This document shows positions 61,901-64,000 of a DNA stretch of 64,000 nt, piece after piece. Positions within the stretch are counted from its first letter, which is position 1; each line of letters opens with the position of its first letter. The notes under the pieces are model-generated. The model did not search any database, had not been told where the DNA came from, and saw only the letters and a list, made by a program, of their open reading frames with translations. The position numbers were made by a program, and so were the translations under genes. The stretch is from Cercozoa sp. M6MM (Eukaryota; Protista; Endomyxa: Ascetosporea): the NCBI GenBank assembly GCA_040357565.1, contig JBDODJ010000020.1; one strand, written 5' to 3'.

Positions 61901-64000
61901 ACGTCGATGTGGCTGCGTGCGGACTTACAAAACGACAGTTGGCGGCGATTCTGGCTTCTGTGACGCGAAACACTGCCGTATCTCTTGCGTTTTTTTCTTG
62001 CTTTTGGATTTTGAGTCATCGCGATTAATTCGAAATTGCAGGCGCAGCAAGGACACGTGCGATTCTCGCTAGATCTGTCACACAACAACGTATACTGTCC
62101 CACTTTGCGTTTTGAGTCTGATCTAAACGTTTATTTTGCAGTGTGGCGACGTTTTGGCTTCCGCTGTTTCTTTCGCTGTCCGTGGTACGAACCAACTTGT
62201 TCATACAAAGTAAAAGTTCAAATGACTGAAAAAATCTCTGTTTGTAGCGAAAGACGACAGCGTGTTGCTTCCGCTGCCAAGTGCAGATGCTGTGGCCTCC
62301 GAGTCCGTCTCGACTGTTGGTACGACTGAGTGGGCTTTTTCTGGCTTGTTCTGGTCGGGAGTTTGTATCGTGATTTGTCCGAATAGACGAAGAGGAAGAG
62401 GACGATCAGTCGAACAGTTTGCGCAACAGCGCGGTTTCGCTGTCTGCTCAGGTGCTTTCGTTTATTCTCGATGAGAGTTTAATTTTGGCGAATTTTGGTA
62501 TTGTGGAAAAACGCTGCAGTCGGCGGACAGTGGCGGTCAAGTGACGCACGATCTCGGCGCACTGCGATCGCTGGACCTGTCGCACAACGCGATGAGCACC
62601 GAGTCGTGGATTGCGCTGTGCGATCAGTTGCGGTGCGCCAAGAAGCTTGAGGTGCTTTACCCTCTTCATACCCTCATACCATCATACCATCATACCCTCA
62701 TACCATCATACCTCATACCCCGTACCTCATACCTCATACCCTGCTTTTCTCCTTCTTCTTTCCTCTTGCTTGTTACCTCCTACACTCTCTGACTTTATGT
62801 TACCCCTCCAGGCACTGGACATGTCAGCTTGCGTGCGACCTGGTCGACGCGAGCGGCGCGACGGCGCTGTGCTTGGCGTCTCTGTGGCTGGTAGTTTTAC
62901 CCCCCCCTTTACCCCCCCTACTCCTTAAACTTCCTGTGTTTGAGCAGCCGTGGTGCACTCGCTGCCATCGCTGAAGCGACTTGTTTTGGATGGTGAGCAT
63001 ATATATACATATATATATATATATATAATATTGGCGTTTCTCTAAGCGTGGCGTTTCTCCTGTGGAGAAACGACAAAACTGCGAGAAACAACATCACGTG
63101 TGTGTGTGTGTGTGTGCAGCTGACCCGTCGCAGAACGCAACCGCTTTGTCCGACTGTTTGGTACACCTCCTGTCTCTGCCTTATTATACCTGTCTCTCTC
63201 AATTATACCTGTCTCTCCCTTAATATAACCTACCTCTTTCTTAATTTAACCTACCTCTTTCTTAATTTAACCTACCTCTTCCTTAATTAAGCATATCTCT
63301 TCCTTAATTACCTCTTCCTTAATTAATTCTGTTTCAGATGCCGCTGCTTGAGAGTCTGCAGCGCAACCGCTCGCTGCGCGTGCTGTCGGTAGTTTTGCAA
63401 CCTTTACCTTTTCACCCCCCTACCTTCCTGTATGACTGTGTAGGTACGTCACCACCGACTGTCGGACACGTGTCTCGCTGCGTTGGCACGTGCGCTCGGC
63501 ACCGATCTGCAAGATGGCGGTAGTTTAACCCCCCCCCACTTTACTCTTACCCTCTTACCCCCCTGTTTGCATAGCTTCGTCACCTGCTGCTGCTTCGTAA
63601 TTTGTCGAGTTTACCCCCCCCCCCTCCAACCTCTTTTACCTCCCTAACGCAGAGTGACGAACAATCGCAGTTTGCGCATTCTGTTTTGGGACGATGCGCA
63701 TGTACTTTTTGGACTGCTTTACTCTTTACCCCCCCCCCGTCTTACCCCCTCTTACCCCCTCCTGTGCAGCCTGCGTACACATTGGACGCGTTTTTGTCGC
63801 TGAAAAACGCCTTGTGTCGCAACAACGTGCTTTGCGGTACGTTTCTTATGTTGTCTTGTTGTTGTTTTTGCTGCTGTTGTTGTTTTCTGAGGAGAAACGC
63901 TTCGTATGTGTGTAGGCACGATTCCGGTGCGTAGTCTGCGCCGACTGGCGGCCAAGCTGGGTACCACTTGTTTATTTGGAATGTGGGGGGGGGGGGGGGG
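58937..64000 (+). CDS. CARMIL/LRRC16-like protein (PH-like N-terminus + RNI-type LRRs); runs off the window
   Basis: KERILVISDLRVLVISKRK (CARMIL PH-like), HLRALLPALHYSN, and repeated LRRs: LQELDLSEN, LVSLDLSYN, SLDLSHN, LRSLDLSHN, LLESLQRNRSLRVL. Confidence 0.65.

Noticed and set aside
1-64000. Stop-codon reassignment or non-canonical introns
   Set aside because: The junctions I checked in conserved genes (ELO, RPF2, DDX51, RPS27, kinases) resolve with GT-AG introns, and TAA, TAG and TGA all serve as stops.

Overview
Eukaryotic nuclear DNA from a gene-dense, extremely intron-rich protist (lineage not determinable from this window; a SAR/rhizarian-type protist is a guess). It uses the standard code and short GT-AG introns that are often filled with microsatellite or G/C-run repeats, and it contains five N gaps. 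The supplied ORF track is mostly uninformative because genes are cut into many 30-200 nt exons, so gene models were spliced by eye. About 28 protein-coding genes: RRP1, MED17-like, ELO elongase, an F-BAR+RGS protein, RPF2, DDX51/DBP6, a secreted plant-type gulonolactone-oxidase-like enzyme, two kinases, an EGF-type membrane protein, mitochondrial bL28, mRNA guanylyltransferase, a PX+START-like protein, CtIP/Sae2-like, a glycosyltransferase-like gene with an internally inverted block, COA4-like, BORCS5, KXD1, RPS27, CARMIL-like and several hypotheticals. No tRNA, rRNA, transposase or CRISPR was recognised. The most striking unexplained signal is the 10-bp palindrome TCCGCGCGGA, with at least 21 perfect copies in 64 kb. 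It sits in exons in all three frames and in introns, which resembles a eukaryotic counterpart of cyanobacterial HIP1 or bacterial uptake sequences. Exon boundaries are manual and approximate, and family assignments come from remembered motifs, not database searches.
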